NCBI GenBank assembly: GCA_050575255.1
Contig: JBNZDD010013610.1
Span: forward strand, 1,348,366 to 1,412,365
Origin: Harriotta raleighana
Taxonomy: Eukaryota
Reading direction: 5' to 3'
DNA: 64,000 nucleotides
The notes beneath the pieces are model-generated. The model made no database searches, was not told the origin of the DNA, and worked only from the letters and a program-made list of their open reading frames with translations. The position numbers were made by a program, and so were the translations under genes. Shown here one piece after another: positions 24,861 to 38,449 of this stretch (positions are counted from its first letter, which is position 1; each line of letters starts with the position of its first letter).

Positions 24861-26439
24861 TTTAGAGTGTTGATAAGTTTGAATAATGAGATGAGGAGCC
24901 ATCTTTGGCACTGAATTAGATGTTGTTTGAATCATTTATCAAAGTCTATTTGCTATTTAGTTCATGGCTAGATTTAATCTGAATACCGAGTTTTCTGGAT
25001 CACATCTTTTCAAACTGCAATCGGTCCCTTGATTATCCCCAGGAATAATGAAAGAATGGGAAGCATTTAGAAATATGGCAATTTTCACCCCTCTGTCAAA
25101 ATATTATACTTTTTACTGAATCCTTATAAAAATAATTGTCACAGCGAGCCCTAAATATGCTAATATGTTGAATATTTTAGGTTATTTTAAATAATTGTCT
25201 CCGCTCTTCATAGTGTGACTGTATTTATGCTACTGTATTTTTTTTTGCAAACTCGTTTAATTCCCGAATATCTCTTTGACAAGTCAAAGGGTTGGCTTTC
25301 TGAGAAAATATCAATGCTTATCTGTAGAAAGTTCCAGTAATAAAGGCATTGATTAGCCTATTATAAATTTTTAAAAAGCCAATTTGATGTCGCCTATAAA
25401 TCGGAAGCTGGGATCCTGGTTAACATGACAGTATACACTTGTTTGTTCCACTGGTTACACTCTCTGTACATCAATACCCATGTCACAAAGATGACTTTTC
25501 CTAACCTACATCAATAAATATTTCTGAAAATAAGACTTTTAGAGCTGAATAATTCATAACTTATGATTAGAAGACATATTTGAGGAAACCTGATACTCAT
25601 TTACAAATATCTTGTTTCTGGAATGTTTGTCTCTCGTCGGAGAGGTTTTTTTTCTCTGTCTCTCTCTCTCTCTGTCAGAGATTGTGACATTTAAATGCTA
25701 TGTAGGCTTCCATATGCAAACAGTCTCCAGGTTATGTGCTGCAAAAGGTCATGAAGAGCAGGTAAAATTCCTAAATACCAACTGTGGGGATGGCTTAACA
25801 GTGAGGTGGCGATAGTAAGGTGTTGCATTCATCTGTTACATTTAATAAAAAGAGGCAGCATAGCCTAAATTTCAGGAACTAGAACACAATGACCCAACCA
25901 TACAAGGGACTAATTTGTAAGAAGGTGCTTGGAATATTTTTTGGATACCTGCATAACCTCAGAACTTCTTAAATCTGCATCGTCCAACTCAGACTAGTTG
26001 AGCCAAGTGTTCTTTTCCCCTGCTGTATAATGCTATTTCATCCTACGTTTTAATCCCGAAGCAATGTTGAACTGAAACTGAACTTGTGAACTTTTTCCAT
26101 TGGCCTAGCAACTTAAGATCCATCAATTTAAGACCCTTTCTAGCCAAAGAGTCAAGGCATGGACTGATTCCCAATAATGTTGGGTGATCTAATTGCCAAA
26201 GCTACGGCAATTACCTTCTGAGCAGTCTTACCTGAAACACTTTACCTCCACTATTATAGTCACTTGCTAGGCCTCATGTAACTCTGGTGCCATTGTTTTT
26301 AATAAATATTTTCTGACCATCCAATGGTTCCAATTTTTTTTGAACATATTGCTTAATACTGTACTAGATTCAGACTTGAAACCTTTTGAATTTAAGATTT
26401 CTTTATCAAAATATCCTGCTGAATACATTGACCTGTAAC

Positions 26440-26802
26440 CTGCTGATGCCCTATCTACCTATCCGCTCCCTCCACTCAGCAGGCTCTGGCTCGCTCCATG
26501 TCTCCTGCCCAACCTGACTTACCATTGATGGCCAGCTTTCAGCCTCTCTGCCACCACCCTTTGGAATCCATCCCACAATACCTTTGGCTTGCTTCCTGCC
26601 TTGCCTCCTTCAAGGCACGACTCAACACTCTCCTTTTTGACCGTGCCTTCAGCCACACTCCTTCTCTGCCTTCCCTTGGTGCCAGCCCTGCCCCAAACCC
26701 TCCCTCCACCTGCCCACCATTTGGTTCCTGACCCCTGACTGTTCAGCGTCTTGGGACGTCCTCCCAAGTGAAAGACGCTCTACCAATGTAATCTTGTTGT
26801 TT
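26440..26802 (+). mobile_element. L2 LINE 3' end fragment
   Basis: Peptide remnant LASCLASFKARLNTLLFDRAF (L2 ORF2 C-terminus); tail GCGTCTTGGGACGTCCTCCCAAGTGAAAGACGCT...(TTG)n. Confidence 0.85.
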
Positions 26803-26804
26803 TT

Positions 26805-27279
26805 ATAGATTCATAGATTCATAGAAGTTTACGGCACAAAAGGAGGCCATTCGGCCCATCTAGTCTGTGCCGGCTCTTTGAAAAGAGCGATTTAATCCCA
26901 CTGCCCTGCTCGCTCCCCATAGCCTAATAGACCTGTTCTCCCTAAATAAAGATCTAATTCCCTTTTAAAAGTTGTTATCGAATCAGCCTCCACCACCTTT
27001 TCAGGCAATGCATTCCAGATTCGAACAACTCGCTGAGTGAAAAAGTTTCTCCTCAGCTCCCCTCTACTTCGCTTTGAAACTATTTTAAATCTGTGACCAT
27101 GGGTCACAGATTCGCCCACGAGTGGAAATAGTTTTTCTCTATTTGCCCTGTCGAAACCCCTCATGATCTTATAAACCCCTATTAGGTCTCCCCTCAATCT
27201 TCTCTGTTCTAGAGAGAATAACCCTAGCCTATCTAGCCTTTCCTCATAGGTGAAGTCCCTCAATCCTGGCACCATCCTT
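26805..27279 (-). mobile_element. CR1 LINE, 5'-truncated; open ORF2 C-terminal 127 codons (26892-27275), 3' UTR and octamer-repeat tail
   Basis: MVPGLRDFTYEERLDRLGLFSLEQRRLRGDLIGVYKI...NFFTQRVVRIWNALP is the canonical CR1 ORF2 C-terminus; minus strand ends CTATGAATCTATGAATCTAT. Confidence 0.95.
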
Positions 27280-27459
27280 TGTTTGTGTTAATAAATCTAT
27301 TTCGTCCTAAAGGATCACTTTACTTTTTTTTCACTCATGTTGGTTAATGGATTGTTTGCATGCTTAACAGATTCATGTCTCATATAGGCTTTGTTTGGAT
27401 AGTTAAAATATCAGACGCTTTGGATAGGAATTTTCACTTCTTTTGTGTTAAATTTCAGT

Positions 27460-27620
27460 CCACAACTGTTTGCGGGGACACTGCTGTGTGCAATTGGCTG
27501 CCGCATTTCACCCATAAATATACAGTCAATTCACTTTAGAGTATATTCTGTGAAGCGCTTTGAGACGTCGTTAAGTTGTGAAAAGCGCTATATCAAATTC
27601 AAGGATTATTATTATTATAT
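27460..27620 (+). mobile_element. SINE 3' half
   Basis: ACTGTTTGCGGGGACACTGCTGTGTGCAATTGGCTGCCGCATTT...GCGCTATATCAAATTCAAGGA(TTA)n. Confidence 0.9.
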
Positions 27621-28911
27621 AAGTCAGCAGTCTAACCCTTTGGCGTGCAGGAGAACACTTTATACAAATGCCTTTTACTACAAGTGGACTTAATAGTTGG
27701 ACCCAACACTTTTGTAAATGTGGAGCACAGCTGCTATTAAGCAGCAGTTATCTTCTAATGCCTTCTATAAAACCATCTTACCCTGATTTGGGGTTTAGGA
27801 ACAGTGGCTTATAGGAGAAAACAAATGGAAGATTGTACAGTAGGAAGCTTCAAAACAGGTTACAGCTAAAGCAGGAAGGAATACAAAGGACCTTTTGAAG
27901 CTATGGAACCCCCCAAAAAGTACAACATAGAATTTACAAAAATGACTTTGGAGTAGCTTCTTACAATATATCGGTCTCAACACAAAAACATTCTTGATGT
28001 TGGTTTTGCGACTGGATGCAGTTTCTAATAACTGTGGCTTCTAAACCAGAAATTAAGGTCATTCTAAATTCATTGGCATTAAGTATTCCATTTATTTTCC
28101 AACAGCAGACAATGAAGGGCGTTAACTGTTTGAGTTCTATAGTCAATTTGTATTCCAGCCCCCGGGATATCAATGTATTTTCCATTCATATAAAATTCCT
28201 AGATTGTACTTTGTAAAGTGCATGCTTGAATATTGGAAGGGAGATTGAACTTTGGAATGCTTGCATTTCTTTCTCTCATACATTTGTAATTCCTCCTCAA
28301 ACGTTCCCCCACTCCATGTGCACACATGTGCACGCACACACACACACACCATAGGAGAGAAAGTAGAGCCTGCAGTCATTTAATTGCTGTGGTCATTGCT
28401 GTTCTTATTATTGACCCTGGGATAGAACAATGCCCTTTTTGGCTGACACTGAAATTCTTTGTGTTCTTCTTTAAAAGTCCCTGTTCATGAAGGTAGCTGC
28501 AGTCAACATGAGCAAGTTTTGATTCTTTTGGCCCAAGTTCAAATCTCAGCTGCCATTGCATATTGATTCATTGCAATAATAGTTGTTTTGCTGGTGCACG
28601 TGGGGGAATAACAGGAATACCTTCCTTTCCAATCGCACCTTTCACCAAAAACAAATGCCTCGAAGCATGTTACATTCATTTGAAGGTAAGCCAATAGATA
28701 GGCCAGTGTATGGTGGCCGAGAGCCCCATGTCTGGCCCTGCTCTCCAGTTCTGCACAAGCATCTCTTGAGTCAGTTGTCCTCAAATTGTTGTTGAGTATG
28801 TGAAGTACGAAACAGTCTGGGGCTGTGGTTTTCCTGGCTGAAGAAGCAATGCACCAGCCATGAAGATCTATCTACGAAGGATAATAAACCTGGATGAATG
28901 ATTTTGAAGTT

Positions 28912-29447
28912 CAACAACAACAACAAAATTACATTTGTGTGACACCTTTTATGTCAGGAGGACGACGCAAGGCTCTACGGTCAGTGTCTCGGTCCCGAGC
29001 TGGGGTCGAAATCGGAGAGAGTGGAGTGACCGATGGCACTGTCGAAGAGGAGGGTCTTCAGGCGCGACTTGAAGGAGGCTAGAGAGGGGGTGAGGAGTAG
29101 GGATTGTGGGATGAAATTTCAAATGTTGGGGGCAGAGTTGCTGAAGACTCGCCCGCCGATGGTGGGGCAGGTGGTCAGGGGACATGGAGAAGGCTGAAGT
29201 CCACTGAGCAGAGAGAATGGGCAGGTTTGTAGGGGTTAGGTGGTCCCAGAAGTAGGATGGGGCAAGGCCACGGAGGCTTTGAAGGTGAGAACCAGGATCT
29301 TTAACTGTATCCTCTGTCTGATGGGAAGTCAGTGGAGTCGGACGAGGATGGGAGTGATAGGTTCACGGAGCTGGTGAGGGAGAAGACACGGTCTGCAGAG
29401 TTCTGGATGCTCTGCAGACCTATAGAGGGAAGAGTTGGGAAGGCCAA
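28912..29447 (-). mobile_element. L2 LINE 3' end fragment
   Basis: (CAA)n tail, AAAATTACATTTG...TCAGGAGGACG, GTCGAAGAGGAGGGTCTTCAGGCGCGACTTGAAGGAGG; colinear with 26440-26802 and 45841-46124. Confidence 0.85.
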
Positions 29448-29549
29448 CATGCAGAGAATTTGCATAGTTTGCTTAATCAATTACAATAATGTGATTGTGA
29501 TTATTGTTTTTAAAAGGATAAATGCTTTGATTCATCCCAACATTGGAGT

Positions 29550-29627
29550 CATTCTGTGAAGTGTTTTGAGGCATCTCAAAGTTGTGATAGGGCGCTATAT
29601 CAAATGCAAAGATTACAACAATATTAT
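29550..29627 (+). mobile_element. SINE 3' tail fragment
   Basis: ATTCTGTGAAGTGTTTTGAGGCATC...GGCGCTATATCAAATGCAAAGATTA. Confidence 0.8.
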
Positions 29628-32600
29628 ATCTCCTATCTTTAAAACTCATATATTAATTTGTTGGTCATTTTAAAAAAAATCTTTCATCTGAAGTATGTTG
29701 AGTACTTTATCATTTCAATGCTAGAAATGAACTGCTGGCTGTGATTGGTGATACGATACAGGTTGAAACTACGGAGGCTGCTGCAGTATTCACCAGACGC
29801 ACAAGAAAGGAACGCTGTCCTGTAAATAAGCAAGCAGTATTTTGACTTGTATAAAATCTACAAACATACCCGTAGAAAGGCAAGACCGTTTCCCCCAGCC
29901 CCCATTCTCCCTCCTCCTCCCACACAACCACCACCTTCATTTGTGACAGAAGGACGATGCGCTTGTCAAAATTTTTGATGACCCCAAATTGTGTCCGTAG
30001 CAGCAAATGTCATTCTTTTGTTCTGAAGCCTGCAGGTCACTCGCAGAGCATTGCTGATGTGATCATGGAGGGCTCGTGATGAATTGATCTTACATTTTCA
30101 TAATCATTGAACTCCTACTGATTATTCTGCATGTTAAAATTTTTTTTGCCACAATGTAGCTCACTTCAGCAGCCCTTCACCTCCGCAGGATACATAAAAA
30201 CTAGGGTTGACATTATATTGTTCCCTACCACCCACCCTCCTCCATTCCCTTCCCCATAATTACCTAAATGTTCTCTTTAGAGTTTTGGCCCTGATTTAAT
30301 CATAGAATGCCTACTGTTTTCGATAAAGCAGTGTTATGTATACCAACCTTAGTGTTTCCGCAGTACAATAATGCGGCATTGTGGAGATACAACGCTGTGG
30401 CAGTTTAATGCAGGGGGCTCATCAGCAATTTCTGGTCAAGTTAAGCAATTGAAATGTAAATAGGCATCACCTTCCCCCCACCCCTATCAGATACTGGAAT
30501 AATAATACAGATTCAACTCGCTCAGGACTGTGGACTTAGAGAATTATACTTCAAAGAAGTGTAGCAAATGATTCTGAAGTGAAAATGCTCTTAAGATTTA
30601 ATTTCATCAGCAACATTGCAGAAACAAAATCACATGTATTTAAGAGCCTCTCTCTCTGTCTCCATATACAGTATCTGACTATTGCCATAAATTTGCAAGA
30701 AAACCAATATCAGAATGTGGAACAATTGTTTCTCTCTCAGGCTCTGTATTCTAGTGCTTTTAATTCTGTTTATCTGCGTTTAACTGGAATGACAGTACAG
30801 GACACTGTGGGCAAATGAATGTGCAATGTAGCCTAAGGCTCTATCAGCAAAAAAAACAAAAGTGTGTGACCATGCATACCAAGGAAGAATGTGTGGTCAT
30901 GTAGTGTCAAAAATAAATGTAATATCCCAGTGTGTTTAAAAAAAAATGATCAAATGTTTTGTGGGGCTTTTTGTACAATTGTTTCGACTTAAAAATTCTC
31001 TTTTGTGTTATTGTTTATCCGCTGAGTTAAATATGTGTGAAAATGAAATCCGTTGAGGGAAATTAATTGGGAGATCCACCCGGTTTGGGATTTGGATGGT
31101 AAAACTGAGTGCAACACATTCATTTTAACTTCCAGCAGTCAGTTCAGAAAACCAACTCTGCCTTGAATTTTTGGTTGAATTCACAAGAATAGTAGTTGAA
31201 CAAAGAGAGACACTGCCTATCCTTAGAAATACTTGTAATTAAGTTATCAAAGTAAATGCAATGGAATCTACGTGCTGGCAATGACTAAATGAATTCTCCA
31301 AAGAAATTCAAAAATAGTTTATTTAAAGAACAGGTATGCGCATTACAATACACATCAGTATTTAAAGACCTTTTTCTGTTTAATTTAATTGCTCCTCTCT
31401 CTTTGAAAAATACATAAGATAATGGATCCTCAAATGAACTGACTTTTTTTGTAAGAGATACATATTTATTCCCTTGTTGAGGGTTTGGCTGTGTTTAGCG
31501 GCATGTGATCAGACAACACTGTCTGCAGCAAAGTTGCCTTTTGATGAACGTAACTGTGGTATCACATTATCTAAATGCACTTTGGGCAGCTTGCATGTAT
31601 GAATTATAAATTATGGGACATATGAGACACAGGCATGATAGTATGAGGCAAAAGGAATCAGTATATATATATCTATATGTATGTTATGCCTTGCACATCA
31701 TTCAAACTATCCAGCGGTACAGGAGGTAAATACATGACAGCCTTAGAGACAGCAAACCACAGCTATGCCCTTACCAATGTGAGAGGTCATGTCCATGAAA
31801 CATAGGCTTATTTCCTATTTTTTTGTGAAATGTGATAGCACGAATGAGTTGGAGAAGTGGGGGAAATGTCCTGTAAATTAAAAAGAGGAATAATACAAGA
31901 AGCGTGGGCTGAGCAAATATTTGAAGTGAATTGTATAATTTCAGAGAACTGACTTTCTGGGTGTTTTTATTTAACTAGCATTTCTACAAATATCATGAAA
32001 TTTTGATGGATATGAATGTATCTTCTTTCTCTCTCTCTCCCATTCACACTCTTACTTTATACTTGTATTTGAGAATAAATGACAGATTATCTCCAAAGAA
32101 CAGCAACAAATTGCACACATACATAACCTGCGATTAGAGATTTACATACTTCACAATTTAACATTAAAAAACATTAATTTACAGTGTATTCATTGTAAAT
32201 ATCAAGCCCCCAAATAAAACGTATTCTCCTGAAGGGTTTTGAATCTTAAAAATATAATTATCTCACATAGGAACTACAGGTAAATTGTAAATTTGCCGAT
32301 ATTTTGATGTTCTGTTATTTTAGGGTGATTCTAGATTATGCCATCAATATTTGTGTTAAGAATATTAATATTTTGTTACATTTGTATTCTATATTTTCAA
32401 TGCAATTGTAGAGCACATCACTCTGAATAAACAGGGAATTTGGGAGAATCCTAGGATTGAAATTATATTAATGAAGTACTAAAATACAAAGCAGACAATA
32501 CTAAATTATTGGATTGTTTAACTTAAATTCCATCAGATGAAAGATGTTAATGAATTTATTTTTAATGCATTTGTTTCGTTAACAATTGAGACTGGTATGT

Positions 32601-34023
32601 AAAATCGTTCAATTATGATTTAAATCGCAGTAATCATGTAATGCTGAAATAGTTCTACTTGTTTCCAACTGAATATTTTCCTTTGGTCACAATATGTATG
32701 TTGGTGCCTATTACAGTAGATCTTTGTATGTGAGAAAGTCAATCATTTTTCTTCGTTAGACAATTAAACACTTCCCTTCTTTACTAAGGTAAACCTCTCA
32801 AGTAATGAAGACTGGTGATTTTAGTATCGTTTTTTAAGCCCTGTAATTTTGGGGGCTAATTTTTTGAATATAAATCACAGTTCGTAGAAATCAAATTGCT
32901 TTGCTATTTTACAAGTGCAACATTGCCATGCAGAGATGTGTGCTTCAAAGAGTTCAACCATGAACAGTTCTAGTTTTCAGTAGCTTTAAGTGATATGTAC
33001 CCAATTGTAATTTGATTTTAAATGGTTTAGGTTTTTTTTTCGTAATCTCTGCAGCAACTGCAGGAAAAATTAAGTGACTTTAGTCAACACTAATTATGGT
33101 AACACTTTTGGTGCCTAAATACAAGGATACTGTACAAAGAAAAATCATACACACCTGATAAGCAACTGCCCTGTATTGCCTGATTGTAAAATAAACTCCT
33201 TGTCCCTTTCAGTCAAATAAATAAGAAAAATGATAATAGAGTTGGAGGGAATAAACTTAAGGTGTTTGGTGGTAAGTCTGCTTATAACCAAGTATTGTAT
33301 AGAAAGCCAGTGTTATTATTGAAAAAGCATTTTAAATGTGGCACATACTGCATAAACATAGAAAATTCTTATTAAATGATGGACTCGTTTCTTTATGACA
33401 ATAGATCTTTTTTTGATTTAAAATTCTGCTCCATTAAATGATGGAAGTAATGCAATCAAGAGCGTATAATTTTCTCATGAATCACCTGTTTGTGCAGAAC
33501 CGGAGTTGGAATTGGTTAGGAGAAAGAATTGGTTCAGAAATTCACACTTAGCAAAAAAAAAGGTCCCTCCACTCCCCTGCTCAACAAAAGAAATCAAACT
33601 TCCCTGAAAATGAGATGCTCCGTCACACAAAAATAAGAAATCTGCCGAATGCTGAAATATTAATTTGTTTTCCATTGTTTCCCCAGCCTCTTTTCCGGGC
33701 CATTTGGGATAGCATGTAAATATTTGACTGTTGTAGTAGACCCTTGCAAAAGAGCTCAGTGACATCGGATTAATTTGTGTCTCATGCATTATGATGGGGT
33801 ACCAAATATTTAACAGCTGGTCCTGAGCCTGATTGAATCAAAATATTGTTTTTACAAGTTGATGAAAGCTTGATTGATATGGTGCCAGTGATCTTTTGAT
33901 GGATTAAATTGTGCATACAGATTACAGCATGAAGACCAATACTAGATATGTGATTTTTTTTCATATGTAAAAAAAAATCCTTCTAGATTTCTTCAATCTT
34001 TTGGAACAGATGCAGCAAGGATG

Positions 34024-34061
34024 CTCTCTCTCTCTTTCTCACACATGCACACACACACACT
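34024..34061. repeat. Compound (TC)n-(CA)n microsatellite
   Basis: Directly visible. Confidence 0.85.
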
Positions 34062-36569
34062 CAGTCTCTGTCTCCCTTTCTATTTCATTTTCAGTTTAAA
34101 GCAATTCCCTTATTGAATGAAATCATCAGTTTAGCAAATGTAATCCATGGGCACCCTGAATTTATTCTAACCCATTAAGGTTTCTTTATTTTGTTTTTTA
34201 GGAAACAAAAGAGGAACAATTAGATTAGGCGCAATAAAAGGAATCGAAATTTTTAAAAAAAACTCTTTTATTTGGAGAAAATGGGAAGATTTTTGCTATT
34301 AACGCACACTAGAGAATGAGAATACTTTATCTCTTTTTGTTTCGTTTATTAAATTGTTATCTGATTTTCAGGATGCCTGATGACATTCAGTTGTTAATCT
34401 AACAATTTCACAAATGCTTTAAAGTGCAACTATTTTGTATTCCTTCTAAAAAGTGTTAAAACATACTCTAAGTCTCTTTGATTTCTAAACTATTTAAAAC
34501 ATACAAATTAACCCAGATTTAATAACAGCAAATTAATTCTGTATGCATTTATTAGCTATGTATAAAAGTAGTTAGGTTATCAAGGTAATTGTTTTAATTG
34601 TTGAAGGCAGCAGATAAAGTTGAATTAAAAGGACAGATTAATATCATTTGTTTTGTATTTGCCCTCACATCTTTGACTATTGTTACAGTTTTACAAGTGG
34701 ACATTTCATTGCTCAGTTAGACACGCATCTGTATAATTTGTTCAAGAGAATTCATGTTTGCATGTTTTCTTGCGAGAGAATTGCAAGTGAGCATTAATTT
34801 TGAGAAAGGATTCGATGTTCAATGAGGAGTAGATCATTTGGAAAATAGAATGACACAAAGGAGGAACAGGAAAGTTTGTTTTACATCAAAGCACACTTGA
34901 AGGCTGTGCCTGCCTGGACAGTAACATATCCAGTGAAATGAATTAGAGTATTTGCATCAGAGCTCAAGGATGTGAAAACTGCATTTGAGAATTCACATTA
35001 TATCAGTGGGAATTTAAAACACTGAATACAAATAAACAAAATAGGCCAGACTGATACACAAGAAATAAACTGAATGTATAAATATTTATCACTTATCCTT
35101 TTCTTGAGAATTTTATTTTGTAAATATTAAAGTGTTACAGAAGAACAAAGTGAAATGATTCAAAATTTAAAATTTTGTTGAAGATTTATTTTGCCAACCT
35201 GATTTGGGAGTGGAAATTCAATGACTTAAAATGCCTTAAATAAAATGACTTAAAATAAGATATATGACAGAAGTGTGGATATAATAGAAGGGGAAACATT
35301 TTAATAATTTATAATTATTAACAAAAGGCCACAGCACAGAAATCAATTTTTCACTGGGAAGTATTTCCATTTTCAGTGGTAAAAAGGTGTTTTTGATTCA
35401 AATAAAAAGGCTGAGGCAATGCTAGTTTATATCATAAAACGCTATGAAGGAAGCAAGCAAGCAGCATATTTCATAGCTTCTGGTTAACCTGCTAAATCTG
35501 AAGAACTTGTAGTCCTTAACTTAACAAATCTTTAATCCTGATTTAAGGATCAGCACATTTTGGCAGTTTTAAAGGGAAAAAAAACAATGATCTAAAAGAT
35601 TTTTTTTATTTGTGATATTGAATCGAGAATTGCAGACATGCAATGCATTATACATGCTGGTTTCTACCAATATATTGCTGTAATAAAGTATTTTTTTTCC
35701 AAAATGCATTGTAATACTAAAGAAGATGGGCTTAAATTATACATGAACTGTGGGCAGGATGAATTCATTCAGTGCACACTGTAGGTGAATCTTGCCTTGA
35801 CCTTGATAGCCTGGGTTGTATAGAATAACAGTTTGGTGAAATGATCGGAAAATTCTACCATTTTAAATGCTTTGTCCAGAGAAGCTGATTTCAGCACTAC
35901 TTCCAAAAAAGATATTGAAATTGGTTTCTCAAACAGTAACTGATTTTTCTCCGGAGCTTGAACATTTGTTGAGTACACTGGTTTGCACATGGGTTCACTA
36001 ATTTATTGAGAACATTTAACAACAGTCTTAGTAGAAGATAGCTGCAATGCTACACAAAGCAATTGAGTAGTATTAAGCATCTGTATCAGGATGGATTCGT
36101 ATTCATTGATTGTGATTATATAAAAGTACATTCTGAACTGGATTGGAAAGTACATGTGCCACTAAGTGAAACATGCTTTCGCGGATTTTGAAAATTAAAG
36201 TTGGAATATAGATCTTAGTAGCAGAAACAAAATCTTGGGTCATTTCATAACTGAAGCAGCATCATCGTGCTCTGTGAATTATTATTGATATTAACACAAT
36301 ATCACCTATGCGGATAGATTTACTTCAAATTCCCAATACTGTTGACAAAACCAAACAGAAAAATATATTCCTCCAATGGCAGGGAAATCCTTTTATATTC
36401 AAAAATCCTTGCAACCAGGAGAGCTTTAATATTTGTATTTAAATATAAGCATCTGAGATAATCTAATCTCAATCATAAAGAGACCACCTGTTATTTAGTT
36501 TCCGTTTTTGTTAAATTAAGTGATACAGGTGGCTACACATTCAATGGAGTATTGGCTTTGTGACTGACA

Positions 36570-36770
36570 CCAGGAAGTATTTCGTCACCCAGAAGGTGAT
36601 TAATGACTGGAACAGCTTGCCAGGAGCGAATGGTTGAGGCCAGAATGCTGGACTCATTTAACACAAAGCAGTTTGATGTAGTGATGGGAAGCAGTGAAGG
36701 TGGGTGTTCTAGAAGGATGAGAGCAGATCCATTGAAGGACTTTCTTCATCTGAACCAATCTTGTGAGTTT
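36570..36770 (+). mobile_element. CR1 LINE 3' end fragment (older subfamily)
   Basis: AGGAAGTATTTCGTCACCCAGAAGGTGATTAATGACTGGAACAGCTTGCCA encodes RKYFVTQKVINDWNSLP; 3' UTR shared with 8038-8182. Confidence 0.8.
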
Positions 36771-36779
36771 TACAATATA

Positions 36780-36870
36780 TTTACACTTTACAGTATATTC
36801 TGTGAAGCGCTTTGAGACATCTCAATGATGTGATAAGGCGCTGTATCTAATGATTATGATTACCATTATC
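36780..36870 (+). mobile_element. SINE 3' tail fragment
   Basis: CACTTTACAGTATATTCTGTGAAGCGCTTTGAGACATCTCAATGATGTGATAAGGCGCTGTATC. Confidence 0.85.
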
Positions 36871-37442
36871 GTATCTTGTGCACAAACCCCCAGTGGGTTT
36901 TCAACTCCTTCACACTTTCAGGACACAATAACTACATCAATGGTGACATCGTACGAAACAAAAAGTGTTTGTTCAAATTATCCAATTAGTAAAATGGCAG
37001 AGTGACGAAGGTTATAAATATAACAAATTAATTAAACAAGCAGCTGTAATTTTGAAGCCATTTTCCCCTCTCCCACCCACCCAGGTGTAATTTATTTTGG
37101 AACGATTTCAAAGTTAACATAAAATTCAACGTTTTGCTAAATTCCGGGCACTCTGAAATCCTGTGTAAATAGAACCAATCTCATCCCCCGGTGGAATTGC
37201 TTCCTGTGAGCTCTCCAGGTGCAGAGCTCCTGATCGAAGCAGAAATGGTCCTTTAATTTTGTGACAGCAGGGGGCTGCTAGTGACCATCACATCTCTGAT
37301 CTCACACTGCGTCACTGGGCAATTCTGATTTCTCACACGGTGAAATATCAGACCTTTAAGCAGTTGAATTAGCAATCAGGTGTGTTCGTATCTGTGTGTA
37401 AAAACAACTGTCTTGAAACATGAGCATCTCTAGTTTTATGTT

Positions 37443-37505
37443 AACAACAACAAAATTACACTTGTATAGTGCCTTTCACGTCAGGAGGACGTCCCAAGAC
37501 ACTGT
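37443..37505 (-). mobile_element. L2-type 3' tail fragment
   Basis: (AAC)n AAAATTACACTTGTATAGTGCCTTTCACGTCAGGAGGACGTCCCAAG. Confidence 0.85.
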
Positions 37506-37547
37506 TCCACATGCTCCTCTGGCATACACGACTTTGTATTAATATAA

Positions 37548-37655
37548 AATAATTCTTGCATTTGATATAGCGGCTTATTACGTCTTTGAGGCTTCTCCAA
37601 GCACGTCACAGAATATACTGTAAAGTGAATTAAGTATAGATGTTGTGGGTGAAAC
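37548..37655 (-). mobile_element. SINE 3' tail fragment
   Basis: AATAATTCTTGCATTTGATATAGCGG...CACAGAATATACTGTAAAGTGAATT. Confidence 0.85.
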
Positions 37656-37747
37656 TTGTGGTGTTCACAGCATTCTATGCTCTTCCCAAGGAACGAAACA
37701 CTTTATTAAATCTGAGCTAACTTTTCTCCAAAATCTCTGAAAAGATA

Positions 37748-37868
37748 CAGTAAAATCTTGTTAATCCGTGACTCGAATAATCGGAAAACCCGTTCAACCG
37801 CCATCTCAAAAAAGTCCTAATTCAATTAACCGGAAGTTGTGGACAGAATTTATATGATGGATTCAGAC
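37748..37868 (+). mobile_element. Tigger/pogo-like (Tc1/mariner superfamily) DNA transposon terminus running into the gap
   Basis: TA|CAGTAAAATCTTGTTAATCCG resembles Tigger-type TIRs with a TA target site; locally CpG-rich; partner TIR not seen. Confidence 0.5.
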
Positions 37869-38449
37869 NNNNNNNNNNNNNNNNNNNNNNNNNNNNNNNN
37901 NNNNNNNNNNNNNNNNNNNNNNNNNNNNNNNNNNNNNNNNNNNNNNNNNNNNNNNNNNNNNNNNNNNNNNNNNNNNNNNNNNNNNNNNNNNNNNNNNNNN
38001 NNNNNNNNNNNNNNNNNNNNNNNNNNNNNNNNNNNNNNNNNNNNNNNNNNNNNNNNNNNNNNNNNNNNNNNNNNNNNNNNNNNNNNNNNNNNNNNNNNNN
38101 NNNNNNNNNNNNNNNNNNNNNNNNNNNNNNNNNNNNNNNNNNNNNNNNNNNNNNNNNNNNNNNNNNNNNNNNNNNNNNNNNNNNNNNNNNNNNNNNNNNN
38201 NNNNNNNNNNNNNNNNNNNNNNNNNNNNNNNNNNNNNNNNNNNNNNNNNNNNNNNNNNNNNNNNNNNNNNNNNNNNNNNNNNNNNNNNNNNNNNNNNNNN
38301 NNNNNNNNNNNNNNNNNNNNNNNNNNNNNNNNNNNNNNNNNNNNNNNNNNNNNNNNNNNNNNNNNNNNNNNNNNNNNNNNNNNNNNNNNNNNNNNNNNNN
38401 NNNNNNNNNNNNNNNNNNNNNNNNNNNNNNNNNNNNNNNNNNNNNNNNN
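37869..38449. other. Assembly gap
   Basis: Run of Ns. Confidence 1.

Noticed and set aside
26892-27275. Host protein-coding gene
   Set aside because: Truncated CR1 ORF2 C-terminus lacking the RT and endonuclease domains
35868-35897. REST/NRSE-like motif
   Set aside because: Half-site spacing and sequence do not fit the consensus
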